From Thermodesulfobacteriota bacterium (GTDB lineage Bacteria; Desulfobacterota_D; UBA1144; Nemesobacterales; Nemesobacteraceae): a stretch of DNA of 64,000 nt. Shown here piece after piece: positions 39,497 to 47,836 of the stretch. The stretch spans positions 192,001 to 256,000 of the forward strand of contig OZ241855.1 in NCBI GenBank assembly GCA_965202785.1, given 5' to 3'. The notes under the pieces are model-generated. The model saw only the letters and a program-made list of their open reading frames with translations. It was not told the DNA's origin and searched no databases. Position numbers and translations under genes: made by a program. Numbering within the stretch: the first letter of the stretch is position 1; the number at the start of each line of letters is the position of its first letter.

Positions 39497-40696
39497 TTAC
39501 TTTGATATTGACACAATATTACCGTAATCAGTGCTTTTTCCCATTGCAATTTCCTTTTCCGTGTAATCCGAGATATCTATGGGAACGCTCCCGACCATTC
39601 TGAGCCCGAATCCCTCAAGCCCCTTTACCTTTATTGGATTATTAGTGAGAAGCCGTATGTCACGCACTCCAAGATCTCTGAGTATCTGGGCTCCCACTCC
39701 GTAATGCCTGAGTTCAGCCTTGAGTTCCTGTCTCTCCGGAACAAGCGTGGGCATCTCCTTTATCTTTCCGTTTGAATAGCGATTTATCTTTTTCGCGAAT
39801 CCCCCGTTGCTTGACTCCTGGTTTATGTAGACGAGAACCCCGGAGCCGTTTGCCTCTATCATCTTCAGGGACTGGGTAAGCTTCGCCCTGCTGTGGCAGT
39901 AAAGAGAACCGAAAATGTCGCTTATGGCGCAGTCGGAATGCACCCTGACGAGTGTCCCCTCCTCGGGGCTTAGTTCCCCTTTCACAAAGGCCATGTGCTG
40001 AAGGCCGTCTATTTCATTTTCAAACGCGATAGCACGGAAAACCCCGTATTCGGTAGGCACTTCCGCCTCGGCCACCCTGCGCACGAAGCTCTCCTTGCCT
40101 ATCCTGTATCTTATGAGATCGGCTATAGTGGCGATCTTTATGCCGTGCTTCTTCGAGAAAACCATCAGATCCTCAAGACGCGCCATGTCGCCGTTTTCCT
40201 TCATTATCTCGCAGATAACCGACGCCGGGTGAAAACCCGCCAGCCTTGATATGTCGACCGAGCCTTCCGTGTGGCCGGCGCGGACAAGCACCCCGCCCTT
40301 TTTCGCTATAAGCGGAAAAATATGTCCGGGACGCACGAAATCCTCAGGTCTTGAATCCCGGGATATCGCCTGTCTTATCGTTGAGGCCCTGTCATGGGTC
40401 GATATGCCGGTCGTAACTCCCTTTTTCGCATCTATGGGAACGGTGAAAGCCGTGTGTTCGGGAGCTTCGTTGTACTCGGGTTTTATAGGCTGAAGAGCCA
40501 GGCGGTCTGCGTCTTCCTGAGTAAGGGAGAGACAGATAAGGCCACGGCCGTGAGTAGCCATGAAATTGATCACTTCCGCGCTAGCGTTTTCGGCGGGTAT
40601 GACGAAATCCCCCTCGTTCTCCCTGTCTTCGTCATCGACCAGTATTACGAGTTTGCCCTGTTTTACGTCATCAATAATTTCTTCGATGGAGTTCAT
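39497..40696 (-). CDS. ribB: DHBP synthase fused to a degenerate GTP cyclohydrolase II domain (RibBX-like)
   Basis: Intact RibB motifs (DDEDRENEGD, RPGHIFPL, RAGHTE); C-terminal RibA domain lacks the third Zn Cys and the EGRG motif. Confidence 0.9.
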   Translation of the reverse strand: MNSIEEIIDDVKQGKLVILVDDEDRENEGDFVIPAENASAEVINFMATHGRGLICLSLTQEDADRLALQPIKPEYNEAPEHTAFTVPIDAKKGVTTGISTHDRASTIRQAISRDSRPEDFVRPGHIFPLIAKKGGVLVRAGHTEGSVDISRLAGFHPASVICEIMKENGDMARLEDLMVFSKKHGIKIATIADLIRYRIGKESFVRRVAEAEVPTEYGVFRAIAFENEIDGLQHMAFVKGELSPEEGTLVRVHSDCAISDIFGSLYCHSRAKLTQSLKMIEANGSGVLVYINQESSNGGFAKKINRYSNGKIKEMPTLVPERQELKAELRHYGVGAQILRDLGVRDIRLLTNNPIKVKGLEGFGLRMVGSVPIDISDYTEKEIAMGKSTDYGNIVSISK

Positions 40697-40799
40697 CTTC
40701 CCATATGCCCTTGCGTTGCGAAACACATCTTAAACACAAACAATTTCTTTAAGCAGGATATAGAATAGACAGCGTCTCTGTCAACAAACACGCGGAGCT

Positions 40800-41801
40800 T
40801 TAAGTACGGAAAAGACCAACCTTCTCCTTTATCTCTTCCATGTTCTCTTCGGCTATCCGTTTCGCCCTGAGGGTTCCCTCGCGGAGTATGTCCCTTACCT
40901 CGTCCGTCCTTTTTTCATACTGCGCCCTTTTTTCCCTGATGGGTTCAAGGAGAAGATTTATGGCGCGGGCGAGTTTCTTCTTCACTTCTACATCCCCAAC
41001 GTTTCCTGTTCTGTAGCGGTCTTTGAGATCCTCTATCTCCTCGGTATCGTCGTTGAAAAGATCGTGGTAGATAAAAACCGGGTTGCCTTCCACGGTGCCC
41101 GGTATGTCGGCCCTTATTCTCTTCGGGTCGGTATACATGCTTCTTACTTTGCGCTCAACTTCCTTTTCGCTGTCGCTGAGGTATATGCAGTTGTTAAGAC
41201 TCTTGCTCATCTTCCTGTTCCCGTCGGTGCCTACGAGGCGAGACGCTTCGCTGATGAGCGGTTCAGGCTCCCCGAAGTAATCGCCGTAGAGAAAATTAAA
41301 CCTCCTGGCAAGCTCCCTCGTGAGTTCCACGTGACTCAGCTGATCCTCGCCCACGGGAACCTTGGTCGCCCGGAACATCAGTATGTCGGCCGCCATTAGC
41401 ACGGGGTATCCGAGAAGCCCGGCAGAGTAATTGTCCCCCACTCCCATATCCTGAATTTTCTCCTTAAGGGTGGGGATTCTCTGGAGTCTCGGCACGGGAC
41501 AAAGCATCGAGAGTATGGTTGAGAGTTCGGTTATCTGAGGCACCTGGGACTGGACATAAAAAACCGAGCTCTCCGGGTCCATTCCCACAGAAAGCCAGTC
41601 GCATACCATTTCGATCGTGTTTTCCTCAACCTCAACAGCCCTGTCGTAATGCGTGGTCAGCATGTGGAGGTTGGCAACCAGAAAAAAGCAGTCGTATTCG
41701 CTCTGAAACCTGATGCGGTTTTGAAGCGAACCCACAAGGTGTCCCAGATGAAGCTTCCCCGTCGGCCTGTCGCCGGTAACCAGAATGGGTCTTGAGCTCA
41801 C
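40800..41801 (-). CDS. trpS: Tryptophan--tRNA ligase
   Basis: [25 protein letters not shown]; GTG start at 41801 with GGAGG SD. Confidence 0.96.
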   Translation of the reverse strand: MSSRPILVTGDRPTGKLHLGHLVGSLQNRIRFQSEYDCFFLVANLHMLTTHYDRAVEVEENTIEMVCDWLSVGMDPESSVFYVQSQVPQITELSTILSMLCPVPRLQRIPTLKEKIQDMGVGDNYSAGLLGYPVLMAADILMFRATKVPVGEDQLSHVELTRELARRFNFLYGDYFGEPEPLISEASRLVGTDGNRKMSKSLNNCIYLSDSEKEVERKVRSMYTDPKRIRADIPGTVEGNPVFIYHDLFNDDTEEIEDLKDRYRTGNVGDVEVKKKLARAINLLLEPIREKRAQYEKRTDEVRDILREGTLRAKRIAEENMEEIKEKVGLFRT

Positions 41802-41968
41802 TTTAACCTCCGAAAATCGATGCGTGGCGGTAATGTTACTCAAACAGCGAAGATACTCAACATGAGGTACGGGATTAGGGGCCGTCGGCCCAGGCTCCTG
41901 TCAGATTCCTGCAGGAAATAAAATCCCGCCACGCCGAAACCGAAGACCTCACCGGCCCGATTACATCA

Positions 41969-42020
41969 TTGACACGGTACTTTCTCATGTGGTAAGCTAA
42001 ATGATAATATTTCTCATTTA
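41969..42020 (+). promoter_or_regulatory. Sigma70 promoter overlapped by a Fur/Zur-type operator
   Basis: TTGACA (41969) - 18 bp - TGn-TAAGCT (41993); palindrome TAAATGATAATATTTCTCATTTA at 41998-42020. Confidence 0.8.
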
Positions 42021-42029
42021 CCTATGCAG

Positions 42030-42314
42030 ATGAGCAGAACATTTTCCTTATCGCTTACAATCGCCTTTCTGGGAGCGCAGATGCTTTCTTTTGCCCATGC
42101 GGCCGAATACGGTTCCTGGGAACACGAGCATGAGGGAGTTTCCTGCGAAATCTGCCTGAGCGCCAAGTATCAGGACTTCTCAAGTCCCGGCGCCGCGAGC
42201 GGGCCCAGTGTTCTCCGCCACGCGGAATACGTCTCGCAGTCACCCACTGGCGCTACCATCGTTCGGGACGATTACGATGAGGGAATTACCCGCGGACCTC
42301 CCCTTTCCTCCTGA
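42030..42314 (+). CDS. DUF2946/CruR-like secreted leader peptide with HEH-CxxC and RGPP, copy 1
   Basis: Signal peptide (AHA|A), HEHEGVSCEIC, 45-aa spacer, ITRGPPLSS*; ATG 42030 is homologous to the copy 2 start. Confidence 0.8.
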   Translation: MSRTFSLSLTIAFLGAQMLSFAHAAEYGSWEHEHEGVSCEICLSAKYQDFSSPGAASGPSVLRHAEYVSQSPTGATIVRDDYDEGITRGPPLSS

Positions 42315-42391
42315 GATGTAGACAGACTTTTTATTCCCCGCGCATACGTGCGGGCAGCGGAATTTTCTTTTAAAACTTTAAGGAGGAAAAA

Positions 42392-43885
42392 ATGAATATA
42401 TTGCGTTTCGCGGTAATAACTGCGTTTTTTGCCGTCTTGCCGTTTTCTCATATCCCCGCTTTCGCCGCTTCTGATCAGGAGATAGAAGCTTTAAAGAAGG
42501 AAATACAGGAAATGAGGTCAGAATATGAGAACCGGATTTTAAAGATGGAGGAAAAACTTGCCGAGATGAAGACTGCGGCAACCGTGGATAAAACGAAAAC
42601 GACTTACTCAAAGAGCAGAGACAGCGCCTACCCCGGCAGAGCCGTTTACAACAGCACCCTTAATCCTTCAATCGGAGCGGTACTGGGCGGAACCTTCGCC
42701 GCATTCTCTTCTGACGAGGGCGAGATTCCGGGGTTTGTCCTGGGACACGAAGGAGAACGGGGAGCGGAAGGAATTTCCCTCGGGGAAACCGAACTCAATT
42801 TCTCTACAAGCGTCGATGATAAATTTTACGGACACATAACCACGGCTCTTGCAGACCATGGAGACGGGGTTGAGATAGAGCTTGAGGAAGCGTACGTGGA
42901 AACCCTTCCAGGTTTCGGGCTTCCAACGGGAGCGACGATAAGGATGGGACGCGCGTTCTGGACTTTTGGATACCTGAACGAGCATCACGCCCACGCTGAC
43001 GATTTCGCCGATCGTTCCCTGCCTTACAGGGTGTACCTCGACAATGGCTTTAATGATACCGGAGTGCAGATTTCATACGTGCTTCCAACAGATTTCTATG
43101 TTGAGGCGGGAGGCGGTATTTTCCGCGGAGACGATTTCCCGTTTGCGGGAGCTGAGGGTAGCGACATAAACTCATTCAGCGCCTTCCTGCGGGTAGGCGG
43201 TGACATAGGAAATAATTCATCCTGGAGAATCGGAGGTTATTTCCTTGACGGAGAGGCAAGCGGTCGCGGCGGCGGACATGGACACGAAGACGAGCATGCC
43301 CATGAAGAAAACGGCCATGATGATGACCACATGGATGAACACATGGATGAACACGATGATGACCACATGGATGAACACGCGGATGAACACGATGATGACC
43401 ACATGGATGAACATGGACATGAGGAGTTCTTCAGCGCCGGCATGTTTACGGGCGACACGAGGCTTTACTCGGTTGATTTTCGCTACGTTTGGGCCCCCAC
43501 CGGAAACATCCGCCAAAAAGAGGTGCTTCTCCAAGGTGAGTATTTCTGGCGTGACGAAGAAGGCTACTACACTCTTGAGGAAGGAGGCGAGGTCCACGAA
43601 GAGCACCTCGACGGAGGAAGCCACGGCTGGTACGCGCAGGGGGTTTTCAAGTTCTCGCCGAAATGGAGAATCGGAGCCCGCTATTCCCAGATATACTCTC
43701 CCGAGGATTCAGGGATAGATCACGATCCCTACGCGGTAGCGGTCATGGGCGACTGGTCAAACAGCGAGTTCTCGCGCTTACGCCTTCAGTACAACTATGA
43801 AAAACTGGGAGAGGACCTGAGCGACAACCAGATCCTGCTCCAGTACATAATGAGCATAGGCGCACACGCCGCGCATAAATACTAA
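42392..43885 (+). CDS. Zinc-regulated outer-membrane beta-barrel/porin-like receptor with a His/Asp-rich loop
   Basis: Signal peptide, coiled coil, NPSIG, ELEEAY, GYLNEHHAHADDF, SEFSRLRLQY, C-terminal GAHAAHKY. Confidence 0.8.
   Translation: MNILRFAVITAFFAVLPFSHIPAFAASDQEIEALKKEIQEMRSEYENRILKMEEKLAEMKTAATVDKTKTTYSKSRDSAYPGRAVYNSTLNPSIGAVLGGTFAAFSSDEGEIPGFVLGHEGERGAEGISLGETELNFSTSVDDKFYGHITTALADHGDGVEIELEEAYVETLPGFGLPTGATIRMGRAFWTFGYLNEHHAHADDFADRSLPYRVYLDNGFNDTGVQISYVLPTDFYVEAGGGIFRGDDFPFAGAEGSDINSFSAFLRVGGDIGNNSSWRIGGYFLDGEASGRGGGHGHEDEHAHEENGHDDDHMDEHMDEHDDDHMDEHADEHDDDHMDEHGHEEFFSAGMFTGDTRLYSVDFRYVWAPTGNIRQKEVLLQGEYFWRDEEGYYTLEEGGEVHEEHLDGGSHGWYAQGVFKFSPKWRIGARYSQIYSPEDSGIDHDPYAVAVMGDWSNSEFSRLRLQYNYEKLGEDLSDNQILLQYIMSIGAHAAHKY
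43316..43414 (+). repeat. In-frame 36-bp tandem repeat (~2.75 units) encoding HDDDHMDEH(M/A)DE
   Basis: Units start at 43316, 43352 and 43388. Confidence 0.9.
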
Positions 43886-43932
43886 GAGCAACCGTAGCGT
43901 GAAACGCTACCTGGTTTTTCTCTCCATCCTCC

Positions 43933-43969
43933 TGCCGGGGCCGCTTTTCGCGGCCCCGGCATATTTTTT
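43933..43969 (+). terminator. Rho-independent terminator
   Basis: 12-bp stem TGCCGGGGCCGC/GCGGCCCCGGCA followed by TATTTTTT. Confidence 0.85.
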
Positions 43970-44021
43970 GGCAACTGCCCCAAGGAATCGGTGGAACTGA
44001 CGGCCCGAAGTACATACATCA

Positions 44022-44073
44022 TTGACACCGTACTTTCTCGTGTGGTAGGCTAAATGATAATATTTCTCATTTA
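44022..44073 (+). promoter_or_regulatory. Sigma70 promoter overlapped by a Fur/Zur-type operator
   Basis: TTGACA (44022) ... TAGGCT (44046); identical palindrome TAAATGATAATATTTCTCATTTA at 44051-44073. Confidence 0.8.
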
Positions 44074-44082
44074 CCCATACAG

Positions 44083-44367
44083 ATGAACAAAACATTTTCC
44101 TTATTGCTTACAATCGCCTTTCTGGGGGCGCAGATGCTTTCCTTTGCCCATGCGGCCGAGTGCGGTTCCCGGGAGCATAAGCATGAGGGCACTGAATGCG
44201 AGATATGCCTGAACGCCAAGTATCAGGACTATACAGATCCCGGCGCCACGAGTGAAGTCCGTGTTCTTCACCGCGCACAGAACGTCCCGCAGCCACTCGC
44301 TGACGTTATCGTCGTTCGGGACACTTGCGAAGCGGGAATTACCCGCGGACCTCCCGTCTCTTCCTGA
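44083..44367 (+). CDS. DUF2946/CruR-like secreted leader peptide with HKH-CxxC and RGPP, copy 2
   Basis: Signal peptide, HKHEGTECEIC, 45-aa spacer, ITRGPPVSS*. Confidence 0.8.
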   Translation: MNKTFSLLLTIAFLGAQMLSFAHAAECGSREHKHEGTECEICLNAKYQDYTDPGATSEVRVLHRAQNVPQPLADVIVVRDTCEAGITRGPPVSS

Positions 44368-44443
44368 GCCGTAAACAGACTTTTTATTCCCCGCGCATAC
44401 GTGCGGGCAGCGGAATTTTCTTTTAAAACTTAAGGAGGAAAAA

Positions 44444-45355
44444 ATGAATATATTGCGTTTCGCGGTAATAACTGCGTTTTTTGCCGTCTTGCCGTTTTCT
44501 CATATCTCCGCTTTCGCCGCTTCTTATCAGAAGGTAAAAGTATTTGCCTGCGAACCGGAATGGGCGGCACTGGCCCAAGAAATCGGCGGTGACAAGGTGG
44601 AAGCGTTTTCAGCCACCTCGGCCACACAGAATCCACACTACATAAGGGCACGCCCAAGCCTGATATCCAAAGTGCGCAAAGCCGATCTGCTGATCTGCTC
44701 GGGCGCAAGTCTTGAGGTAGGCTGGCTTCCGGTTCTGCTTAAGAAGGCAAGTTCTGATCTCCAGCCCGGCTCCCCCGGTTACCTTATGGCTTCAAATCTG
44801 CTCACCATGCTCGAAGTACCGGTTGTGGTCGACCGCAGCATGGGAGATATACATCCGGAAGGCAATCCCCACGTGCACCTGAATCCGTACAACCTGATAA
44901 TTGTAGGCGAAGTGCTTGCCGATCGCCTTTCGGAAATCGACCCTGGGACCGCCTCTTTTTACAAAAACCGATTCCGGGATTTTTCATCACGCATGCAAAA
45001 GGCCATCTCCCGGTGGGAATCCGAGGCCGCCGAGCTTAAAGGAAAGCCGGTGGTGGTTCATCACAAATCGTTTAGTTATCTGATTGACTGGCTCGGAATG
45101 AAAGGAGTGGGGGCGCTTGAACCGAAACCCGGAATTCCCCCCACAGCTTCTCACCTGAAGAATCTGCTGCTGCAGTTAAGAAACAGCCCGGCGGATGTGA
45201 TTATCCGTACCCCTTACGATCCGGGTGACGCGAGTGAATGGTTCTCGGAGAAAACCGGGGCAAGGGCAGTCGTGCTTCCTTACACCGTTGGCGGTGACAG
45301 CCAGAGCGGCGACCTGTTCGCGCTGTTTGACAGGACTATAGCTTTGTTAAAATAG
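44444..45355 (+). CDS. Zn/Mn ABC transporter substrate-binding protein (ZnuA-like)
   Basis: QNPHYI.ARPS, GDIHPEGNPHVHL, HHKSFSYL, EPKPGIPPT.SHL. Confidence 0.92.
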   Translation: MNILRFAVITAFFAVLPFSHISAFAASYQKVKVFACEPEWAALAQEIGGDKVEAFSATSATQNPHYIRARPSLISKVRKADLLICSGASLEVGWLPVLLKKASSDLQPGSPGYLMASNLLTMLEVPVVVDRSMGDIHPEGNPHVHLNPYNLIIVGEVLADRLSEIDPGTASFYKNRFRDFSSRMQKAISRWESEAAELKGKPVVVHHKSFSYLIDWLGMKGVGALEPKPGIPPTASHLKNLLLQLRNSPADVIIRTPYDPGDASEWFSEKTGARAVVLPYTVGGDSQSGDLFALFDRTIALLK

Positions 45356-45359
45356 ACAT

Positions 45360-46124
45360 ATGATGTTGAGTGGTGAACTTCTGGAAATCATCGGGCCGGC
45401 AGTGGCTGCCGGCCTCATGATTGCGCTTACCCACGCTCCCTTGGGCATCGAGGTGCTGCGCCGCGGCATCATCTTTATTGATCTTGCGGTGGCGCAGATT
45501 GCGGGACTCGGGCTTGTGGCCGGCAACATGTTTATCCATGACCCGTCTCCGTGGCTGATCCAGTTAATGGCTCTTGGCTGCGCGGTCGCGGCAGGGCTGT
45601 TTTTCCGCAAGGTGGAAACGGCGATGCCCGAGCGACAGGAAGCGGTCATAGGGTGCACTTTCGTACTTGCCGCATCGCTGGCGCTTCTGCTGCTGGCCGA
45701 TCACCCCCACGGCGGAGAAGAGGTAAAACACCTGCTTTCGGGACAGATGCTGTTTGTGACATGGACAGACGTGGCGAAACACTCGCCCATTTACGCGTTG
45801 ATACTGCTGGCTTGGTTCTTCAGGCCCGAGGTGCGGAACAACGTTGGATTTTACCTGCTCTTCGCCCTTGCCATCACTTCGTCGGTTCAGCTGGTCGGCG
45901 TCTATGTAGTCTTTGCGAGCCTCATACTTCCGGCTCTGGCCGCCGTACGCGTAAGAAAGCCTCATCTTGTCGCATGGCTCTGCGGGGTGGTGGCGCTTCT
46001 GTCAGGCATCGCCTTCGCCGTAGCGTTCGATATGCCTGCCGGACCGATTATTATCCTGTCATATACCGCGACGGCCCTGATCATACGAGGGGTCAGGATG
46101 GCAAACCGGGATCATAAAATTTAA
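45360..46124 (+). CDS. Metal ABC transporter permease (ZnuB/ABC-3-like)
   Basis: HAPLGIEVLRRGIIFIDLAVAQIA, QEAVIG, SVQLVGVYVVFASLILPA. Confidence 0.9.
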   Translation: MMLSGELLEIIGPAVAAGLMIALTHAPLGIEVLRRGIIFIDLAVAQIAGLGLVAGNMFIHDPSPWLIQLMALGCAVAAGLFFRKVETAMPERQEAVIGCTFVLAASLALLLLADHPHGGEEVKHLLSGQMLFVTWTDVAKHSPIYALILLAWFFRPEVRNNVGFYLLFALAITSSVQLVGVYVVFASLILPALAAVRVRKPHLVAWLCGVVALLSGIAFAVAFDMPAGPIIILSYTATALIIRGVRMANRDHKI

Positions 46125-46254
46125 GAAGGGTTTATTGTGCGCGCCCCAGTGAGCAATTTACGAATCAACACAATGCTCTATATCAGGAATGTTTCAATGA
46201 AACAATTATCGTTAAATAAATCCTTTCGACATGAAACGTCAGGAGGTCAGAGAG

Positions 46255-47373
46255 ATGAGACAATTTGATGTTGTTATTGTTGGAGCCGGTCCGGCAGGGA
46301 TAGGGATTGCCGCTATGCTTAAGGATCTGGGTATAAAGCGAATGATTGTTCTTGAGAGAGAAAAAGTCGGCGCGACTTTCGATAAATGGCCGAAGGAAAT
46401 GCAACTCCTAACCCCTTCATTTACAACTAACTTTTATGGTCATCTTGACCTTAATGCGGTTATATCCGGGACCTCGCCAGCATATATGCTTCGAAAGGAA
46501 CACCCTACCGGCAAGGAGTATGCCCGGTATTTAAGAGAGATATCAGAATATTTTGATTTGCCAGTTGTTGAACATACAAATGTAGAGAAGGTGCTTTATT
46601 CTGAAGGCTCTTTTAAGGTTCATATTACTGGAGGAAAGCCGATAGAGTCTCGCTTTTTGATTTGGGCGGGCGGAGAATTTCAGTACCCGAATACAAATCC
46701 TTTTTCAGGTGCTGAGTTGTGTTTGCATAACAGCCGAGTGAAAAGCTGGGAACACGTTAAAGGCGATGAAATTTATATTATCGGCGGTTATGAGAGCGGA
46801 ATTGATGCAGCCATCCATTTGAGTCGACTGGGCAAAAAGGTTCATGTATTAGACCGCGATGCGCGTTGGAGCAAAGAAACAACTGACCCAAGTGAAAACT
46901 TATCGCCTTTTACGTTGGAGAGGTTGAGGCAGGAAATAATTTATAACAGGATTGAGCTTGTTGGTAAATCCATGGTCAGGGAGATAAGGCTGGAGCAGGA
47001 CAAGTATTTGATTTATGTCAGAGGCAAATCATCACCTTATCAAAGCGCCACACCACCCATTTTGGCAACAGGATTTAAAAGCAGCCTGGTCGTCATTAAA
47101 GAGTTGTTTGATTGGGAGAAGAATAAAGACTACTGTTTGCTGAATGAGCAGGATGAATCAACCAAAACTTCTGGATTGTTTCTCGTTGGTCCACAAGTTC
47201 GCCATGATGATCTTATTTTCTGTTTTATTTATAAATATCGGCAGAGGTTTGGTGTTGTCGCTAATGCAATTGGAGAGCGATTGGGCATGGATACAACGCT
47301 GCTTGAGACATATCGCAATGAAGGCCTCTACCTGGATGATTTGAGCTGCTGCGGAGAGGAGTGTGTTTGCTGA
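46255..47373 (+). CDS. NAD(P)/FAD-dependent oxidoreductase with Cys-rich C-terminus
   Basis: IVGAGPAG, IIGGYESG, ATGF, FCFIYKYRQRF, ending DLSCCGEECVC; AGGAGG SD before ATG 46255; AT-richer than flanks. Confidence 0.88.
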   Translation: MRQFDVVIVGAGPAGIGIAAMLKDLGIKRMIVLEREKVGATFDKWPKEMQLLTPSFTTNFYGHLDLNAVISGTSPAYMLRKEHPTGKEYARYLREISEYFDLPVVEHTNVEKVLYSEGSFKVHITGGKPIESRFLIWAGGEFQYPNTNPFSGAELCLHNSRVKSWEHVKGDEIYIIGGYESGIDAAIHLSRLGKKVHVLDRDARWSKETTDPSENLSPFTLERLRQEIIYNRIELVGKSMVREIRLEQDKYLIYVRGKSSPYQSATPPILATGFKSSLVVIKELFDWEKNKDYCLLNEQDESTKTSGLFLVGPQVRHDDLIFCFIYKYRQRFGVVANAIGERLGMDTTLLETYRNEGLYLDDLSCCGEECVC

Positions 47374-47591
47374 TGCAAGAAGAACTAGTTCAGAAAGAAA
47401 TTAAGACCAATATAAGCATACAATGGTTATGCCAATTGATCGCCAGTTTGTCCTGGTTCACTTCCGTTATTGTTTACGGATCATTTGAACTGGGTGATTG
47501 CCTGCAATTGTTAGCTGCATCCGCGTGGACCGTATCTAATATTGTGAATTATTTTACTAACAAAAATCATGTCATAAGCCAAAGCATGTGA
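47373..47591 (+). CDS. Small hypothetical membrane protein
   Basis: TGATG coupling to the upstream gene; two repeats of QL.A.S.W in hydrophobic helices. Confidence 0.55.
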   Translation: MQEELVQKEIKTNISIQWLCQLIASLSWFTSVIVYGSFELGDCLQLLAASAWTVSNIVNYFTNKNHVISQSM

Positions 47592-47622
47592 CGGTGGAAG
47601 TAGAAAGCCAGTGTCAGCAGAA

Positions 47623-47836
47623 GTGGCTTCTGGCGCATACGATGCCCTTAAGTTTGGAACTCCTGAACAAAGATGCCGGTTGATGAACTTTGTATTTTCG
47701 AACCTGGAGCTAAAGAGATTAACCCTTTGTTATACCTCGCCCCTTGAAAAAACTGTTTGATAGGTTCGTAAATGCGTCTAATATTGAAGAATGGCGCGCC
47801 CGGAGGGATTCGAACCCCCAACCTCTTGATCCGTAG
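47623..47836 (+). pseudogene. C-terminal remnant of a large serine recombinase reading into the tRNA
   Basis: Manual translation ASGAYDAL...EQRCRLMNFVFSNLELK..LCY / (frameshift) LKKLFDRFVN....EWRARRDSNP resembles tails of tRNA-targeting island recombinases. Confidence 0.6.

Larger units (their letters stand above)
41953..42488 (+). repeat. Duplicated regulatory cassette, copy 1 (promoter, Fur/Zur box, uORF, RNA switch, signal peptide)
   Basis: Aligns by eye with 44001-44540 over ~535 bp; the intergenic and signal-peptide part is nearly identical. Confidence 0.92.
44001..44540 (+). repeat. Duplicated regulatory cassette, copy 2
   Basis: Homologous to 41953-42488. Confidence 0.92.

Noticed and set aside
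41850-41960. T-box or cobalamin riboswitch upstream of trpS or the metal cluster
   Set aside because: No T-box GGTGGNACC motif and no B12-box core (GGGAA / GCCACTG); only a GAAGACCT fragment matches
43245-43718. Odd Met/Thr/Trp-repeat ORF and antisense Ser/Cys-repeat ORFs; 36-bp periodicity resembling a CRISPR repeat length
   Set aside because: These are alternative frames of the His/Asp coding repeat. The units are contiguous with no unique spacers, and there are no cas genes
46196-46215. Third Fur/Zur box upstream of the flavoprotein (AATGAAACAATTATCGTT)
   Set aside because: Spacing is one base short and there are several mismatches relative to the two clear boxes; too weak to call
47345-47390. 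TGA followed by TGC after CCGEECVC, suggesting selenocysteine read-through
   Set aside because: The TGATG is better explained as stop/start coupling to the next ORF. Read-through adds only a few residues and no SECIS-like hairpin is evident
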